NCBI GenBank assembly: GCA_965218975.1
Contig: OZ244717.1
Location: 1,152,001 to 1,216,000 of the forward strand
Source: Candidatus Oxydemutatoraceae bacterium
GTDB lineage: Bacteria > Pseudomonadota > Gammaproteobacteria > Poriferisulfidales > Oxydemutatoraceae
Length of the DNA: 64,000 bases
Direction of reading: 5' to 3'
The position numbers were made by a program, and so were the translations under genes. Below the pieces are notes generated by a model. It was not told the DNA's origin. It did no database searches and saw only the letters and a program-made list of their open reading frames with translations. Positions 1 to 11,673 of the stretch are shown piece by piece. Numbering within the stretch: position 1 is the first letter of the stretch; each line of letters starts with the position of its first letter.

Positions 1-2
1 CG

Positions 3-701
3 CTGTCACTTGAGTGGTATGGTTATTTGTTGGCAGCAATAGCATTGGTTTGGTGTTTAAATTTCTTTAATTTTATGGACGGTATTGATGGGATTGCATC
101 GGTACAAGCGATTACAATGGCGCTGTCGGCCGCTTTGATTTTGATATTCGCCGCTCCAAACAGTGTTTTTACGCTATATCTGCTGGTTTTTATTGCCGCT
201 GTGGGGGGCTTTTTAGTGTGGAATTGGTCGCCCGCAAAAATTTTTATGGGGGATACCGGTAGCGGATTTCTTGGATTCACTTTGGGTTTATTCGCAATTG
301 CGACCTCAGTCGAAGAGAGCATGAATATTTGGAGTTGGCTGATTTTATTTGGAGTATTCGGAATCGATGCAACCGTCGTACTGCTCTTACGTTTTTTGCG
401 TAAAGAAACATTCTATCACGCGCATTGTCAACATGCGTATCAACGTTTGGCGATCAATTTGCAGAGGACCGAGTCAATTATGCGGTCGCCGAAGTATGCA
501 CGTGCTGCTGCACATCAAGCAGTAACTCTAATCACCGCGGGGATCAATCTGCTTTGGTTATTGCCTTGGGCATTTGTTGCCGCTTTGGATGCGTCAAACG
601 GGATAATTTACTTGATTATTGCCTTACTTCCTTTAGCGGTTGCGGTTATTAAAGCTCAACATATCGAAGGCACAAAAATGGATTTTCATGGTAGCGCTTG
701 A
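3..701 (+). CDS. Glycosyltransferase family 4 (WbpL/WecA/MraY-like polyprenyl-phosphate sugar-1-P transferase), 5' end outside window
   Basis: Motifs NFFNFMDGIDG, PAKIFMGDTGS and AHCQHAYQ; multi-TM. The frame is open to the window edge. Confidence 0.9.
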   Translation: MSLEWYGYLLAAIALVWCLNFFNFMDGIDGIASVQAITMALSAALILIFAAPNSVFTLYLLVFIAAVGGFLVWNWSPAKIFMGDTGSGFLGFTLGLFAIATSVEESMNIWSWLILFGVFGIDATVVLLLRFLRKETFYHAHCQHAYQRLAINLQRTESIMRSPKYARAAAHQAVTLITAGINLLWLLPWAFVAALDASNGIIYLIIALLPLAVAVIKAQHIEGTKMDFHGSA

Positions 702-2535
702 TAAACTGGCGCAATGCGCGCAATGGCAAAAGCGTTTGATTGCAGCAGTCTATGATTTTTTTGTGGTTCTCTTTGCGCTATGGTTTGCCTTATCAGTACG
801 TTTCGGGGAACCGGTTTCGTTCGATCAAATACAGTGGATGATACTGATTTTGCTTGGCGCTGTAATTGCCGTTCCATGTTTTTTCCTTGCCAGACTTTAT
901 CACTTGGTAGTGCGTTATGCAGGGTATCAGCTGTTGTGGATAGTTGTGAAAGGCGTGACGTTTGCGGTGTTGATTTGGGGAACTGCCGTGTTAATGATGC
1001 GACTTCCTGGATTTCCCCGGTCGGTGATTTTCATTTACTGGTTTGTCGCATTCGTTTTAGTGTTCAGCGGTCGCTTGGTGGCGCAAAATTTGCTCAGAAA
1101 GTCTTTGGGAATACCGATTGCGATTTATGGTGCCGGTTCGGAGGGAGTGCAACTGGCGATGGCATTACAGCATGATGCGAATTATCGTCCGGTATTGTTT
1201 CTCGACGATAACTCCGAGCTATGGGGCAGCCATATGATGAATTTACGTGTTTATCCCGTTGATCAATTTGATGGTTTGTGCCGACAAAGAGGCGTGAAAG
1301 AAATCTTTGTTACTATTCATTTCCCAACACGTTCTGATAGAAACCGATTATTGAAGCGATTGCAGAATTATCCGGTGCGTGTAAGAGTACTGCCTCTATT
1401 TTCACAGTTAGCGCGTGGGAAAATCAATATACATGACTTTGAACGAATTGATGCCGATGATTTACTCGGTCGTGAAGTTGTATCTCCGAACGCAACTTTG
1501 CTAAGGAAAAATATTACGGGGAAATCGGTCATGATTACCGGTGCGGGCGGATCGATCGGTTCGGAGCTATGCCGACAAATATCAAATTTAGCGCCGTCGC
1601 GTATTATCCTGCTGGAGCATTCCGAACACGTTCTATATGAGATTGAACGTAGTCTGAAAAACAAGCTCCCGACCGACCGACAACCACAGATTGTTCCGGT
1701 TCTCGGACAGGTTCAAGACCGCAAGCTGGTGGAAGAAGTGCTTCGTGAGCAGGAGGTTGCGACAATCTATCATGCTGCCGCATATAAGCACGTTGCATTG
1801 GTTGAAGAGAATACAATACAAGGCCTGCGGAATAACGCATTCGGTACTTTAGCGCTTGCCCAGTCAGCCATAGAGTGTGATGTTGAGATTTTCGTATTGA
1901 TTTCTACCGATAAAGCGGTGCGTCCGAGTGGTGTGATGGGTGTTAGTAAGAGACTTGCCGAGATGATTTTGCAAGCTTTGGCCGCAGAGAGGCAAACACC
2001 GTGCTTTAGTATGGTACGGTTTGGCAATGTATTGGATTCCTCGGGTTCGGTTATACCGTTATTTCGCCAACAAATTGCAGAAGGCGGTCCGGTCACGGTG
2101 ACGCATCAGGATATGACACGTTACTTTATGACCTTAAAAGAAGCAGTGGGGTTGACGATACAAGCAGGTTCAATGTCACAGGGTGGTGAAGTGTTCGTTT
2201 TAGATATGGGTGATCCGATTAAAATTGATGAGCTGGCAAGAATGATGGTGTCTTTCAGCGGTCTGCGTGTGAAAGATGATAAAAATCCGGATGGTGATAT
2301 TGCGATTGAGTATATTGGGGCGCGCCGCGGCGAAAAAATCACTGAGGAACTTTTAACCGGTGACAATGCTTTTGCGACGGAGCATCCGAAGATCCTTTGC
2401 GCCAAAGAGAATTTTTTACCCTGGGAAAAACTTTTGCGGTTACTACAAGAGATTGAATCTGCGATAAAAGTCCGCGACACTGAGACGACTCTGGAATTGC
2501 TCAATCAGGTATTGGCGGCACAAAAGCCGAATTAG
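688..2535 (+). CDS. WbpM/PglF/CapD-family nucleoside-diphosphate sugar 4,6-dehydratase
   Basis: N-terminal TM region, [33 protein letters not shown]. Start taken at ATG 688; ORF track starts at 640. Confidence 0.92.
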   Translation: MVALDKLAQCAQWQKRLIAAVYDFFVVLFALWFALSVRFGEPVSFDQIQWMILILLGAVIAVPCFFLARLYHLVVRYAGYQLLWIVVKGVTFAVLIWGTAVLMMRLPGFPRSVIFIYWFVAFVLVFSGRLVAQNLLRKSLGIPIAIYGAGSEGVQLAMALQHDANYRPVLFLDDNSELWGSHMMNLRVYPVDQFDGLCRQRGVKEIFVTIHFPTRSDRNRLLKRLQNYPVRVRVLPLFSQLARGKINIHDFERIDADDLLGREVVSPNATLLRKNITGKSVMITGAGGSIGSELCRQISNLAPSRIILLEHSEHVLYEIERSLKNKLPTDRQPQIVPVLGQVQDRKLVEEVLREQEVATIYHAAAYKHVALVEENTIQGLRNNAFGTLALAQSAIECDVEIFVLISTDKAVRPSGVMGVSKRLAEMILQALAAERQTPCFSMVRFGNVLDSSGSVIPLFRQQIAEGGPVTVTHQDMTRYFMTLKEAVGLTIQAGSMSQGGEVFVLDMGDPIKIDELARMMVSFSGLRVKDDKNPDGDIAIEYIGARRGEKITEELLTGDNAFATEHPKILCAKENFLPWEKLLRLLQEIESAIKVRDTETTLELLNQVLAAQKPN

Positions 2536-2597
2536 ATATCCGATGTGTCATAAGTTATAATTCCCACTGTGCGTCCCAAGCTGGAAAACGTAGAAGC

Positions 2598-3914
2598 ATG
2601 AAAAAAGTATATGTTCAAACACAAGGCTGTCAGATGAATGAGTATGATACGGAGAAAATACTGGATGTGTTAGCGCAATCGCATCATCTAATACCGACAG
2701 CAGTTGCCGAAGAAGCCGATATTTTATTATTAAATACTTGTTCTGTTCGCGAGAAGGCGCAAGAAAAAGTTTTTTCAGAGCTTGGTCGTTGGCATAAATT
2801 AAAGCAACAAAAGCCGGATTTGGTTATCGGGGTCGGTGGTTGTGTGGCAAGCCAAGAAGGTGAGAATCTGCGACGGCGGGCACCGTATGTCTCGTTGATT
2901 TTCGGACCTCAAACTTTGCACCGCTTGCCCGCGATGCTGAATGAGCACCTGCAACAAGGCGAGCCGGTGGTGGATATTTCTTTTCCTGCGATTGAAAAAT
3001 TCGATTGCTTACCTAAGCATTTGACAACCGCATGCACCGCTTTTGTATCAATTATGGAAGGTTGCAGCAAGTATTGTTCTTTTTGCGTAGTGCCTTATAC
3101 CCGCGGCAAGGAGGTCAGTCGTCCGCTGCATAGTATTCTTGAAGAAATTGAACACCTTGTCGCACAAGGTGTGAAAGAAATCACTTTACTCGGGCAGAAT
3201 GTTAATGCTTATCGCCACGCAACTTGTGACGGTACGATTGATTTTGCTTTGTTGTTATACCATATCGCCGGGGTCCGTGGGATTCGTAGAATCCGCTACA
3301 CTTCTTCGCATCCGGTTGAATTCGGAGATAGTTTAATTAAAGCGTACGCGGATATCCCCCAATTGGTCGACCATCTACATTTGCCGGTGCAAAGTGGGTC
3401 GGATCGTATTCTAAGTTTGATGAAGCGCGGGTACACTGTATTGGAATATAAATCTATGATGAGAAAGCTACGCCGTGTCAGACCTGATATCTCAATTTCT
3501 TCCGATTTCATCGTTGGGTTTCCGGGTGAAACTGAGGAGGATTTTCAAATGACGATCAACTTGGTGCATACTATCGGCTTTGATCAATCATTCAGTTTTA
3601 TTTATAGTCCCAGACCCGGGACACCTGCGGCAAACCTTGCGGATGATATTCCTCCGCAGGAGAAAAAGCATCGCTTACATCGCTTGAATCAGTGTCTTGA
3701 TCATTATGCGGCTGAAATCTCGGAGCGAATGGTCGGAACATTCCAATCGGTACTGGTTGAAAGTGTTTCAAAGAAAAACCATAATGAATTGTGCGGACGT
3801 AGCGGAAATAATCGTGTGGTTAATTTTTCTTCCGACCGAGACCTCATTGGAGAATTTGTGACACTTAAGATTGACCAAGCTTATGCGCACTCATTACATG
3901 GCACTCTAGCATAG
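2598..3914 (+). CDS. miaB: tRNA-2-methylthio-N6-dimethylallyladenosine synthase
   Basis: [17 protein letters not shown], radical-SAM CSKYCSFC, C-terminal TRAM; canonical position before phoH-ybeY-corC-lnt. Confidence 0.97.
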   Translation: MKKVYVQTQGCQMNEYDTEKILDVLAQSHHLIPTAVAEEADILLLNTCSVREKAQEKVFSELGRWHKLKQQKPDLVIGVGGCVASQEGENLRRRAPYVSLIFGPQTLHRLPAMLNEHLQQGEPVVDISFPAIEKFDCLPKHLTTACTAFVSIMEGCSKYCSFCVVPYTRGKEVSRPLHSILEEIEHLVAQGVKEITLLGQNVNAYRHATCDGTIDFALLLYHIAGVRGIRRIRYTSSHPVEFGDSLIKAYADIPQLVDHLHLPVQSGSDRILSLMKRGYTVLEYKSMMRKLRRVRPDISISSDFIVGFPGETEEDFQMTINLVHTIGFDQSFSFIYSPRPGTPAANLADDIPPQEKKHRLHRLNQCLDHYAAEISERMVGTFQSVLVESVSKKNHNELCGRSGNNRVVNFSSDRDLIGEFVTLKIDQAYAHSLHGTLA

Positions 3915-3928
3915 CGTATTCATTTCTT

Positions 3929-4927
3929 TTGGCTGCTCATTCCGAGAATTTTGATTTTGTATTAGAGCCGGCGGATATATCTAGGCTTGTAAAGCTATGC
4001 GGTCCTCTGAATGAGCATCTTCATCAGTTAGAGGAGACTCTAGGCGTACGGATTCGTAATCGCGGTAATCATTTTTCCATTTTTGGGGAAGGAGAAATGA
4101 AGCGGGATGCGGCGCGTATTATTCGGGAATTGTACGATTTGACAAATGACAAAGAAGAGCTGACATCCAGTAGCGTGCATTTGCATGTGATCGCCGCTCT
4201 GGACAAGGCATCATCAGACGCTTCGGCAAACCAGTTGGATGTAACTATTCGCGCATGTTGCGGTAATGTTCATGCCAACGGTCGGCACCAAGTGGAATAT
4301 TTGAAAAATATATCCCGTTACGATTTAACTTTTGGCGTGGGACCCGCCGGTACCGGAAAAACTTACCTTGCGGTGGCAGCGGCAGTTGCAGCATTGCTTG
4401 AAACGAAAGTGAATCGGTTGATATTAGTCAGACCGGCGGTCGAGGCGGGTGAGCGATTGGGATTTTTGCCGGGAGATATGTCGCAGAAAATTGATCCTTA
4501 TCTACGTCCTATGTATGATGCTTTGTATACAATTCTTAGTGTTGACCGAGTGAATAAGTTGATTGATCGCGGCGAAATTGAAATTGCCCCGCTGGCTTAT
4601 ATGCGAGGCCGTTCGCTCAACGATGCTTTTATTATTCTTGACGAATCGCAAAACACCACTGTTGAGCAGATGAAAATGTTTCTTACTCGAATCGGGTTCG
4701 GCTCGAAGGCGGTAGTGACAGGCGACGTGACACAAGTGGATTTATCGCACGATAAACAATCCGGTTTAGAACACGCATTAAATATTTTACGCGATATTCG
4801 TGGTATCGGGTTTAGTTTTTTTGATGCCGGCGATGTCATGCGGCATCGCTTGGTCAAGGAAATTATCCGGGCTTATCAACATCACAATGATAAAGATAAA
4901 CATTGTTCTTCAAATAGCAACCGATAA
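3929..4927 (+). CDS. ybeZ: PhoH-like ATPase
   Basis: GPAGTGKT, RPAVEAGERLGFLPG, AYMRGR, ILDESQN; TTG start. Confidence 0.95.
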   Translation: MAAHSENFDFVLEPADISRLVKLCGPLNEHLHQLEETLGVRIRNRGNHFSIFGEGEMKRDAARIIRELYDLTNDKEELTSSSVHLHVIAALDKASSDASANQLDVTIRACCGNVHANGRHQVEYLKNISRYDLTFGVGPAGTGKTYLAVAAAVAALLETKVNRLILVRPAVEAGERLGFLPGDMSQKIDPYLRPMYDALYTILSVDRVNKLIDRGEIEIAPLAYMRGRSLNDAFIILDESQNTTVEQMKMFLTRIGFGSKAVVTGDVTQVDLSHDKQSGLEHALNILRDIRGIGFSFFDAGDVMRHRLVKEIIRAYQHHNDKDKHCSSNSNR

Positions 4928-5375
4928 GAGTTCAATAGCGACGGTGCCGTCGTTGTCCGATTTTCGGTATTGGGCGACTGCCGTACAACGAGAGTTGGGA
5001 ATTGATTTTGCAGAAGTCGGTGTACGCATTGTTGATAATGCCGAGTCGGAAGAACTCAACCGGCGTTATCGGCGACAGGCTCGTCCGACCAATGTATTGT
5101 CATTTCCGGCAGAATTCCCGATTTTGGTGACGCCCGCATACCTTGGCGACATCGTAATGGCCGAACGGCTTGTAGTCGACGAAGCCCAAGCGCAGGAGAA
5201 GCCGCTGTTCGATCACTGGGCACATTTATTTGTTCATGGTATGTTACATTTACAAGGTTATTGTCATCATGACGAACGCGAAGCGCAAAAGATGGAGTCA
5301 TGTGAGATTAAAATACTTTCAGCGTTGGAAATTGCCAATCCTTATCAGACGAAAACAGCATCATCTTTAGCATGA
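4887..5375 (+). CDS. ybeY: rRNA maturation endoribonuclease
   Basis: PTNVLSFP, LGDIV, HGMLHLQGYCH metal motif. Start taken at ATG 4887. Confidence 0.93.
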   Translation: MIKINIVLQIATDKSSIATVPSLSDFRYWATAVQRELGIDFAEVGVRIVDNAESEELNRRYRRQARPTNVLSFPAEFPILVTPAYLGDIVMAERLVVDEAQAQEKPLFDHWAHLFVHGMLHLQGYCHHDEREAQKMESCEIKILSALEIANPYQTKTASSLA

Positions 5376-6211
5376 GTAGCAACTCAAAAGGAGACCCTTT
5401 CGGTAAGATACGCCTGAGTTCACTAAAGAATCTTCTGCTTGGATACCCTAAAAACCATCAAGAATTGCTCAAGATGCTAAGCCAGTGTTGTCGCGATGGC
5501 GTGCTGAGTGAGGATTCTTTGGCGATGATTGAAGGTGTCTTCCATGTCGGTGAAATGCGTGCTCGCGATATCATGATTCCACGGTCACAAATGACAGTTA
5601 TCTTGAAAGATGCTTCGCTGGAGGAGATATATAAAACTGTAGTGGAAAGTGGGCACTCTAGATTTCCCGTGCTGGATGAAAAACAAGATAGCGCCGAAGG
5701 TTTTTTGTTGGCAAAGGATTTACTGCGCTATTGTGTGGATTACCGTGAGGAAGATTTTCAGATCAAAGACCACTTGCGTCAGCCTGCGTTTATTCCTGAA
5801 AGTAAGCGACTTAATGTGCTGTTGAATGAGTTTCGTCGCACGCGCAATCATATGGCAATTGTCGTTGATGAATATGGTGGAATTGCCGGTCTGATGACGA
5901 TTGAGGATGTACTTGAGCAAATTGTCGGCGATATCACCGATGAACATGATATTGCTGAGGATCAGTACATTTTCGACTATGGAAATGGAAAATACTTGGT
6001 CAAAGCGTTAACGCCGGTTGAAGAGTTTAATAATTATTTTTCAAGTAATCTATCCGATAGTTCCTCCGATACGGTCGGCGGCTTTATTATTAAATCGTTT
6101 GGTTATCTCCCTCGCCGCGGAGAGAAAAAACAGGTTGGAGATTTTCTGTTTGAAGTTAATCGGGCTGATGTCCGTAGAGTGCATTTTCTGTTAATTAGTA
6201 GAAAAAGCTGA
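5372..6211 (+). CDS. corC: CBS-domain Mg/Co transport-associated protein
   Basis: DIMIPRS, SGHSRFPV, HMAIVVDEYGG, TIEDVLEQIVG; synteny. Confidence 0.95.
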   Translation: MSSNSKGDPFGKIRLSSLKNLLLGYPKNHQELLKMLSQCCRDGVLSEDSLAMIEGVFHVGEMRARDIMIPRSQMTVILKDASLEEIYKTVVESGHSRFPVLDEKQDSAEGFLLAKDLLRYCVDYREEDFQIKDHLRQPAFIPESKRLNVLLNEFRRTRNHMAIVVDEYGGIAGLMTIEDVLEQIVGDITDEHDIAEDQYIFDYGNGKYLVKALTPVEEFNNYFSSNLSDSSSDTVGGFIIKSFGYLPRRGEKKQVGDFLFEVNRADVRRVHFLLISRKS

Positions 6212-6234
6212 CAACCCGGACATTCCGTTTACTT

Positions 6235-7734
6235 ATGGGTTTTGCGATTAACGTACTTGCCGGTTTGACGCTCACCGTCGCGTATGCGCCTTTCGGATAT
6301 TTTTTTGGGGCGATTGCGGTTGTGCTTGTAACCGCATGGTCTTGGCGTCGGTATCCTTTGTTGCATGCGTTTGGGTACGGGTACCTGTTTGGCTTGGTGC
6401 ATTTCGGTAGTTCTATCTATTGGGTTTATCACAGCTTACATGATTTTGGTAATGCCGACCCGTTGTTTGCTGCGATGGCGACTTTTCTGCTTGTTGCGGT
6501 TTTTGCGCTGTACTTCGCATTACTTGCATGGATAGCCGCGTGGTGCGCGTCCGGAGTTTCCACGCAGGTGTTTTATTGGTTTATATTTCCATCTTTATGG
6601 ATGATGTGCGAATATTTGCGTTCCACTTTGTTTGGCGGTTTCCCATGGAATTTAATCGGACAGTCGTTAATCGATTCGCCTTTTTGGGGCGTCTTTGCTT
6701 GGGTTGGCACTTTTGGTGCATCGTGGCTCGTCGCTTTTCTTGGGGGATGCGTTGCGACTGTGTTAGTGCATAAAAAAATCAAGTTGCGAACTTACAGTGG
6801 TTGCATGTTTTTACTAGCATTGTTAATCGGATGGTCAACCGGGCTGATACAATGGACTGAGGCAGTGGGTGAAAAAGTGAGTGTCGGTATTGTGCAATCG
6901 GGTGTAGCTCAGGGCATAAAGTTTGATCGCGATGCTTTTACAAAAATCCTTAAAATACATCAAGATTTAACTTCGGAGTTATTTGATCGCGATTTGGTTG
7001 TTTGGTCGGAAACCGCAATTCCGGCATACTATCATCAAGTTGACGAACAAGTATTATTGCCGTTACACGATCAAATTGCTGCGGTTAACGGTGGAGATTT
7101 GTTGACAGGTATATTTTTTCGCGATGAAGTCGCACAAAAGCAATATAATAGTTTGGTAAAAGTCGGTATACCACCGGAAACGTACCATAAACGTCATTTG
7201 GTTCCTTTTGGTGAATATATTCCTTTGCGTTTTCTATTTGAATTCTTTAGGAGTTATGTCACGATGCCGATGTCTGACTTGGATGCCGGCAATCAATATA
7301 ATTTGCTCACAATCGGTGAGCATCAAGTAGGTATGTCAATTTGTTATGAGGCGATATTCGGACGCGAGGTAATTGAATCTTTACCCGCGGCGGCTTATTT
7401 GGTCAATGTCAGTAACGATTCTTGGTTTGGCGATTCAATTGCGGTAGATCAACATCTGCAAATGGCGCGTTTGCGTGCCGCTGAGACCGGCAGGCCGATG
7501 ATTCGTGCGACAAGTACGGGTGTTTCAGCAATGATCAATCATCAAGGACGGGTTATTCGGCATAGTGAACGGTTTTCGGCGCAAATATTAACCGGTGATA
7601 TCCAACCGCGCCAAGGGACGACGCTCTATGCACGTTATGGAGATAGATTAATTTTCGCATTCATAATAGCGTTATTGTTATTCGTTTTTTCTTACCGCTA
7701 TTTAAGCCGGAAGAGAAACCCGATCAATGAATAA
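6235..7734 (+). CDS. lnt: Apolipoprotein N-acyltransferase
   Basis: GFPWN, WSETA, KRHLVPFGEY, ICYE, SNDSWFG (nitrilase-fold E-K-C triad). Confidence 0.96.
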   Translation: MGFAINVLAGLTLTVAYAPFGYFFGAIAVVLVTAWSWRRYPLLHAFGYGYLFGLVHFGSSIYWVYHSLHDFGNADPLFAAMATFLLVAVFALYFALLAWIAAWCASGVSTQVFYWFIFPSLWMMCEYLRSTLFGGFPWNLIGQSLIDSPFWGVFAWVGTFGASWLVAFLGGCVATVLVHKKIKLRTYSGCMFLLALLIGWSTGLIQWTEAVGEKVSVGIVQSGVAQGIKFDRDAFTKILKIHQDLTSELFDRDLVVWSETAIPAYYHQVDEQVLLPLHDQIAAVNGGDLLTGIFFRDEVAQKQYNSLVKVGIPPETYHKRHLVPFGEYIPLRFLFEFFRSYVTMPMSDLDAGNQYNLLTIGEHQVGMSICYEAIFGREVIESLPAAAYLVNVSNDSWFGDSIAVDQHLQMARLRAAETGRPMIRATSTGVSAMINHQGRVIRHSERFSAQILTGDIQPRQGTTLYARYGDRLIFAFIIALLLFVFSYRYLSRKRNPINE

Positions 7735-9169
7735 AGATCAATCAAAATTAGTACCGGTGATTCTCTGCGGCGGGATGGGTACACGTCTTTGGCCGCTATC
7801 GCGTAAGCATGTTCCCAAACAATTTATTCCTATTCAAGATAAAAGTTTATTCGGTCTTACTTTGGAGAGACTATCCGGGTTAGAGATATGCGATATAGTT
7901 GTCGTTAGCGCGGCGGCGCATCGTTTTTTCGTTGCCGAAGAAATGACCCGTAGCAAGCTTTCATGCCGTAGTTCAATTTTATTGGAACCGATTGCACGGG
8001 ACACTGCTCCGGCGGTGGCGTTGGCCGCATTGCATGTAATTCGAACAATGGATGATCGTCCTCTGTTAGTATTGCCGTCAGACCACATGATCAATAATGT
8101 ATCGGCGTTTGAGCAAGCGGTTTCGCTTGCGATGTCGCAAGTATCCGATGGCATAATTGTTACGTTTGGAATCTTCCCCGATTCAGGCAAAACCGGTTAT
8201 GGCTATGTACAAAAAGGAGCATCTATCGGTGATGGGTTTTTTAAAGTTGCTCAATTTCGCGAGAAACCTGATGCCGCTACCGCGAATGCGTGGGTCGCTA
8301 GCGGTAATTATTATTGGAATAGCGGGATATTTTTGTTCCATGCGCAAACTTATTTGAATCTGTTGACTGAGTTGGCGCCGGATATCCTTGCAGCGTGTAG
8401 TGTCGCTTATGAAAATCATTCGATAGATTTGGACTTTCTCGAGATGCAGGAAGAATATTTTGCGCAAAGTCCGAAAATATCAATAGATTACGCAGTAATA
8501 GAGAAAGCAAATAATGTTATTTTCTTGCCCACCGATATCGGTTGGAATGATGTCGGATCATGGCAGTCTCTGGGAAATTTATTACCATCAGATAGTAACG
8601 GTAACGCGGTGTACGGCGATGTATTTTTGCGGGATGCCGGCGATAATATTGTCTATGCGAACCGACGGTTGGTCGGTGTTTTGGGTATCGAGGGTTGTAT
8701 CGTCGCCGAAACAAACGATGTAGTGTTGGTGGCAAAGCACGACCAGTCTGAGAATATCAAGCAATTGGTTGCTGATCTCCAAACGCAGGAGCGCGAAGAA
8801 ATTGATTTTAATACCAAGATGCTTCGTCCTTGGGGGTCGTATGAAAAAATTGATTGCGGAATTGGATTTCAAGTCAAAAAAATCATTGTCAATCCGAAGC
8901 AAGCTTTGTCATTGCAAATGCACCGACACCGCTCCGAACATTGGGTGGTGGTAAAAGGCAAGGCGCGTGTTACGTGCGGCGATGATGTTTTTGATCTTGA
9001 AGAAAATCAATCGACATATATTCCGAAATTGTTAAAGCATCGACTAGAAAATTGTAGTGATGAACCATTGTTTCTAATCGAGGTGCAGTGCGGTGATTAT
9101 CTCGGTGAGGATGATATTGTGCGCTTTGAAGATATTTATGGTAGAGCAAAAAACTCAACTTCCGGATAA
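7727..9169 (+). CDS. manC: Mannose-1-phosphate guanylyltransferase/mannose-6-phosphate isomerase
   Basis: GGMGTRLWPLSR..PKQF, FREKPD, WNDVGSW, cupin RPWG..LSLQMHRHRSEHW. Confidence 0.95.
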   Translation: MNKDQSKLVPVILCGGMGTRLWPLSRKHVPKQFIPIQDKSLFGLTLERLSGLEICDIVVVSAAAHRFFVAEEMTRSKLSCRSSILLEPIARDTAPAVALAALHVIRTMDDRPLLVLPSDHMINNVSAFEQAVSLAMSQVSDGIIVTFGIFPDSGKTGYGYVQKGASIGDGFFKVAQFREKPDAATANAWVASGNYYWNSGIFLFHAQTYLNLLTELAPDILAACSVAYENHSIDLDFLEMQEEYFAQSPKISIDYAVIEKANNVIFLPTDIGWNDVGSWQSLGNLLPSDSNGNAVYGDVFLRDAGDNIVYANRRLVGVLGIEGCIVAETNDVVLVAKHDQSENIKQLVADLQTQEREEIDFNTKMLRPWGSYEKIDCGIGFQVKKIIVNPKQALSLQMHRHRSEHWVVVKGKARVTCGDDVFDLEENQSTYIPKLLKHRLENCSDEPLFLIEVQCGDYLGEDDIVRFEDIYGRAKNSTSG

Positions 9170-9184
9170 TGAGAGATTATTTTC

Positions 9185-11665
9185 ATGGATGAGCATGATA
9201 TTGAACAGTATCAACCGCATGTAATAGAGCCGCAAGTCCAAAAGTTTTGGGAAACGCATAACTGTTTTAGCATCAAACCGGACCTGTCGCGCGAAAAATT
9301 CTATTGCCTATCAATGTTTCCCTACCCCAGCGGCAAGTTGCATATGGGGCATGTCCGCAACTATACAATCGGCGATGCGATCAGTCGTTACCAACGTATG
9401 CTAGGGAAACAAGTGTTGCAACCAATGGGATGGGATGCTTTCGGTTTGCCGGCAGAGAATGCGGCAATCAAGAGCGGTATTGCTCCGGCACAGTGGACTA
9501 AAGAAAACATTGTGGTAATGCGTACGCAACTCAAGCGCTTAGGTTTTGCTTATGATTGGGGCAGAGAAATACAAACTTGTGATCCTGATTATTATCGTTG
9601 GGAACAATGGTTTTTTAATCGTTTATATGAAAAAGGTTTGGCTTACCGCAAATCCGCATGGGTCAATTGGGACCCGGTTGATCAAACCGTACTTGCCAAC
9701 GAACAGGTTATTGACGGGAAAGGTTGGCGTTCAGGCGCGGCGGTTGAGCGTAAACGCGTGCAACAGTGGTTTTTACGCATCACTGATTATGCCGAAGAGC
9801 TTTTGCAGGGATTGGAGAAGCTTGACGGCTGGCCGGAACAAGTGCGCAGGATGCAAAAGAATTGGATCGGGCGGTCGTACGGATTGGAAATTAATTTTCC
9901 GGTGGTAGGGTGTGATAAGGTTTTGACGGTTTTTACTACCCGGCCGGATACTCTGATGGGGGTCAGTTTTCTGGCGCTCGCACCGGAGCATCCTTTAATT
10001 ACCAATCTCGCAAGCGATTCGCCCGCGTTGCAATCCTTTGTTGAGGCATATTCGCGTGGCTTGGCTTCTGAAGCGGCAATGGCAACGTTAAATAAAGAAG
10101 GATTGGATACCGGGCTTGAATGTGTGCATCCGCTAACCGGCGATACATTACCGGTTTGGTGTACCAACTTTGTGTTGATGGGATACGGTTCGGGTGCAGT
10201 GATGTCAGTACCCGCACACGACGCGCGGGACTGGGAGTTTGCGCGCGAGAAGAACTTGCCGATTAAACAAGTCATTCGTCCTTCGGACCCGGATCAAACG
10301 GTTGATTTGTCTGCCGCAGCTTTTGTTGATAAAGGAATTGTTTGTCACTCAAATAAGTACAATGGTATGAATTTTGCTGAGGCGTATTCAGCCATTGCCG
10401 ATGATCTTGAAAAGATGGCTTGTGGCAAACGGGTTATTAATTACCGTTTACGCGATTGGGGAGTTTCACGCCAGCGTTATTGGGGATGCCCGATTCCGAT
10501 GCAATGGTCGGACGGCATCCCGCAACCGGTCGAAGATGAGTCTTTACCGGTTATTCTTCCGGAAATCAATAGCTATAAAGAGAAAATTCCGACATTAGAT
10601 TCGATTCGGGAATTTGTTCGAGTAGAAGGCTCCGACAGAAAGTCTGAAATACGCCGTGATACGGACACTTTTGATACATTTGTCGAGTCGAGTTGGTATT
10701 ACGCACGTTTTGCCGGATCAAATAGCGGCAATGCGATGTTCAGTGATGAGGCAAAATATTGGCTGCCGGTTGATCAATATGTGGGCGGAATTGAACATGC
10801 GGTGTTACACCTTCTATATGCGCGGTTTTTTTATAAACTGATGCGTGATATGGGTTTGGTTGAAGGCGACGAACCGTTTACACGTTTATTGACGCAAGGA
10901 ATGGTGCTTAAAGACGGAATGAAGATGTCTAAATCGCGTGGTAATACTGTGGATCCGGAAACATTGGTAAAGAAGTACGGCGCCGATACGGTTCGTTTAT
11001 TTATTTTATTTGCCGCACCGACGGAACATTCGCTTGAATGGTCGGATGCAGGAGTTGCCGGAGCATCTCGGTTCTTAAAAAGATTATGGAAGCAGGTGAT
11101 GGCACATATTGCAATCAATGTCAAATTCTTACCCGAGACTATGTCCGATTCTGGCATAGAATCATGCCGGACTATGCGTCGTGTTATTCACGAGACTATT
11201 GTTAAAGTAACCGGCGATATTCATACTCGCTATCAGTTTAACACTGCGATTGCCACCAATATGAAATTGCTCAATGAACTATCGCGTTTTGAATCCGAGA
11301 CAGGTAACCATAAGTTTGCTTACCAGTTGATACGCGAGGGTTTATCCGCAATGCTGAAAATGCTTGCTCCGATAATTCCGCATATCACGCATTACTTGTG
11401 GCAGCGGCTCGGGCATGATGAAGCCTTGATCAATTGTGCGTGGCCAGTCACCGATCCGGAGGCGCTGGCGAAAAGCACTTGTACTATCATTGTTCAGGTG
11501 AATGGTAAATTACGCGGAAGTCTTACGTTGGCGGTCGGCAGCTCGCGCGAGTCGGTGGAGGAAATGGCGCGGCAAAACATGCAAGTGCGAAGGTTTTTGG
11601 AAAATCGGATGATCCGCAAAGTTATTTGGGTGCCTGACAAACTGATTAATTTCGTCGTGAGTTAG
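9185..11665 (+). CDS. leuS: Leucine--tRNA ligase
   Basis: MFPYPSGKLHMGH (HIGH), KMSKS, editing-domain TTRPDT. Confidence 0.98.
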   Translation: MDEHDIEQYQPHVIEPQVQKFWETHNCFSIKPDLSREKFYCLSMFPYPSGKLHMGHVRNYTIGDAISRYQRMLGKQVLQPMGWDAFGLPAENAAIKSGIAPAQWTKENIVVMRTQLKRLGFAYDWGREIQTCDPDYYRWEQWFFNRLYEKGLAYRKSAWVNWDPVDQTVLANEQVIDGKGWRSGAAVERKRVQQWFLRITDYAEELLQGLEKLDGWPEQVRRMQKNWIGRSYGLEINFPVVGCDKVLTVFTTRPDTLMGVSFLALAPEHPLITNLASDSPALQSFVEAYSRGLASEAAMATLNKEGLDTGLECVHPLTGDTLPVWCTNFVLMGYGSGAVMSVPAHDARDWEFAREKNLPIKQVIRPSDPDQTVDLSAAAFVDKGIVCHSNKYNGMNFAEAYSAIADDLEKMACGKRVINYRLRDWGVSRQRYWGCPIPMQWSDGIPQPVEDESLPVILPEINSYKEKIPTLDSIREFVRVEGSDRKSEIRRDTDTFDTFVESSWYYARFAGSNSGNAMFSDEAKYWLPVDQYVGGIEHAVLHLLYARFFYKLMRDMGLVEGDEPFTRLLTQGMVLKDGMKMSKSRGNTVDPETLVKKYGADTVRLFILFAAPTEHSLEWSDAGVAGASRFLKRLWKQVMAHIAINVKFLPETMSDSGIESCRTMRRVIHETIVKVTGDIHTRYQFNTAIATNMKLLNELSRFESETGNHKFAYQLIREGLSAMLKMLAPIIPHITHYLWQRLGHDEALINCAWPVTDPEALAKSTCTIIVQVNGKLRGSLTLAVGSSRESVEEMARQNMQVRRFLENRMIRKVIWVPDKLINFVVS

Positions 11666-11673
11666 ATGTGTAG

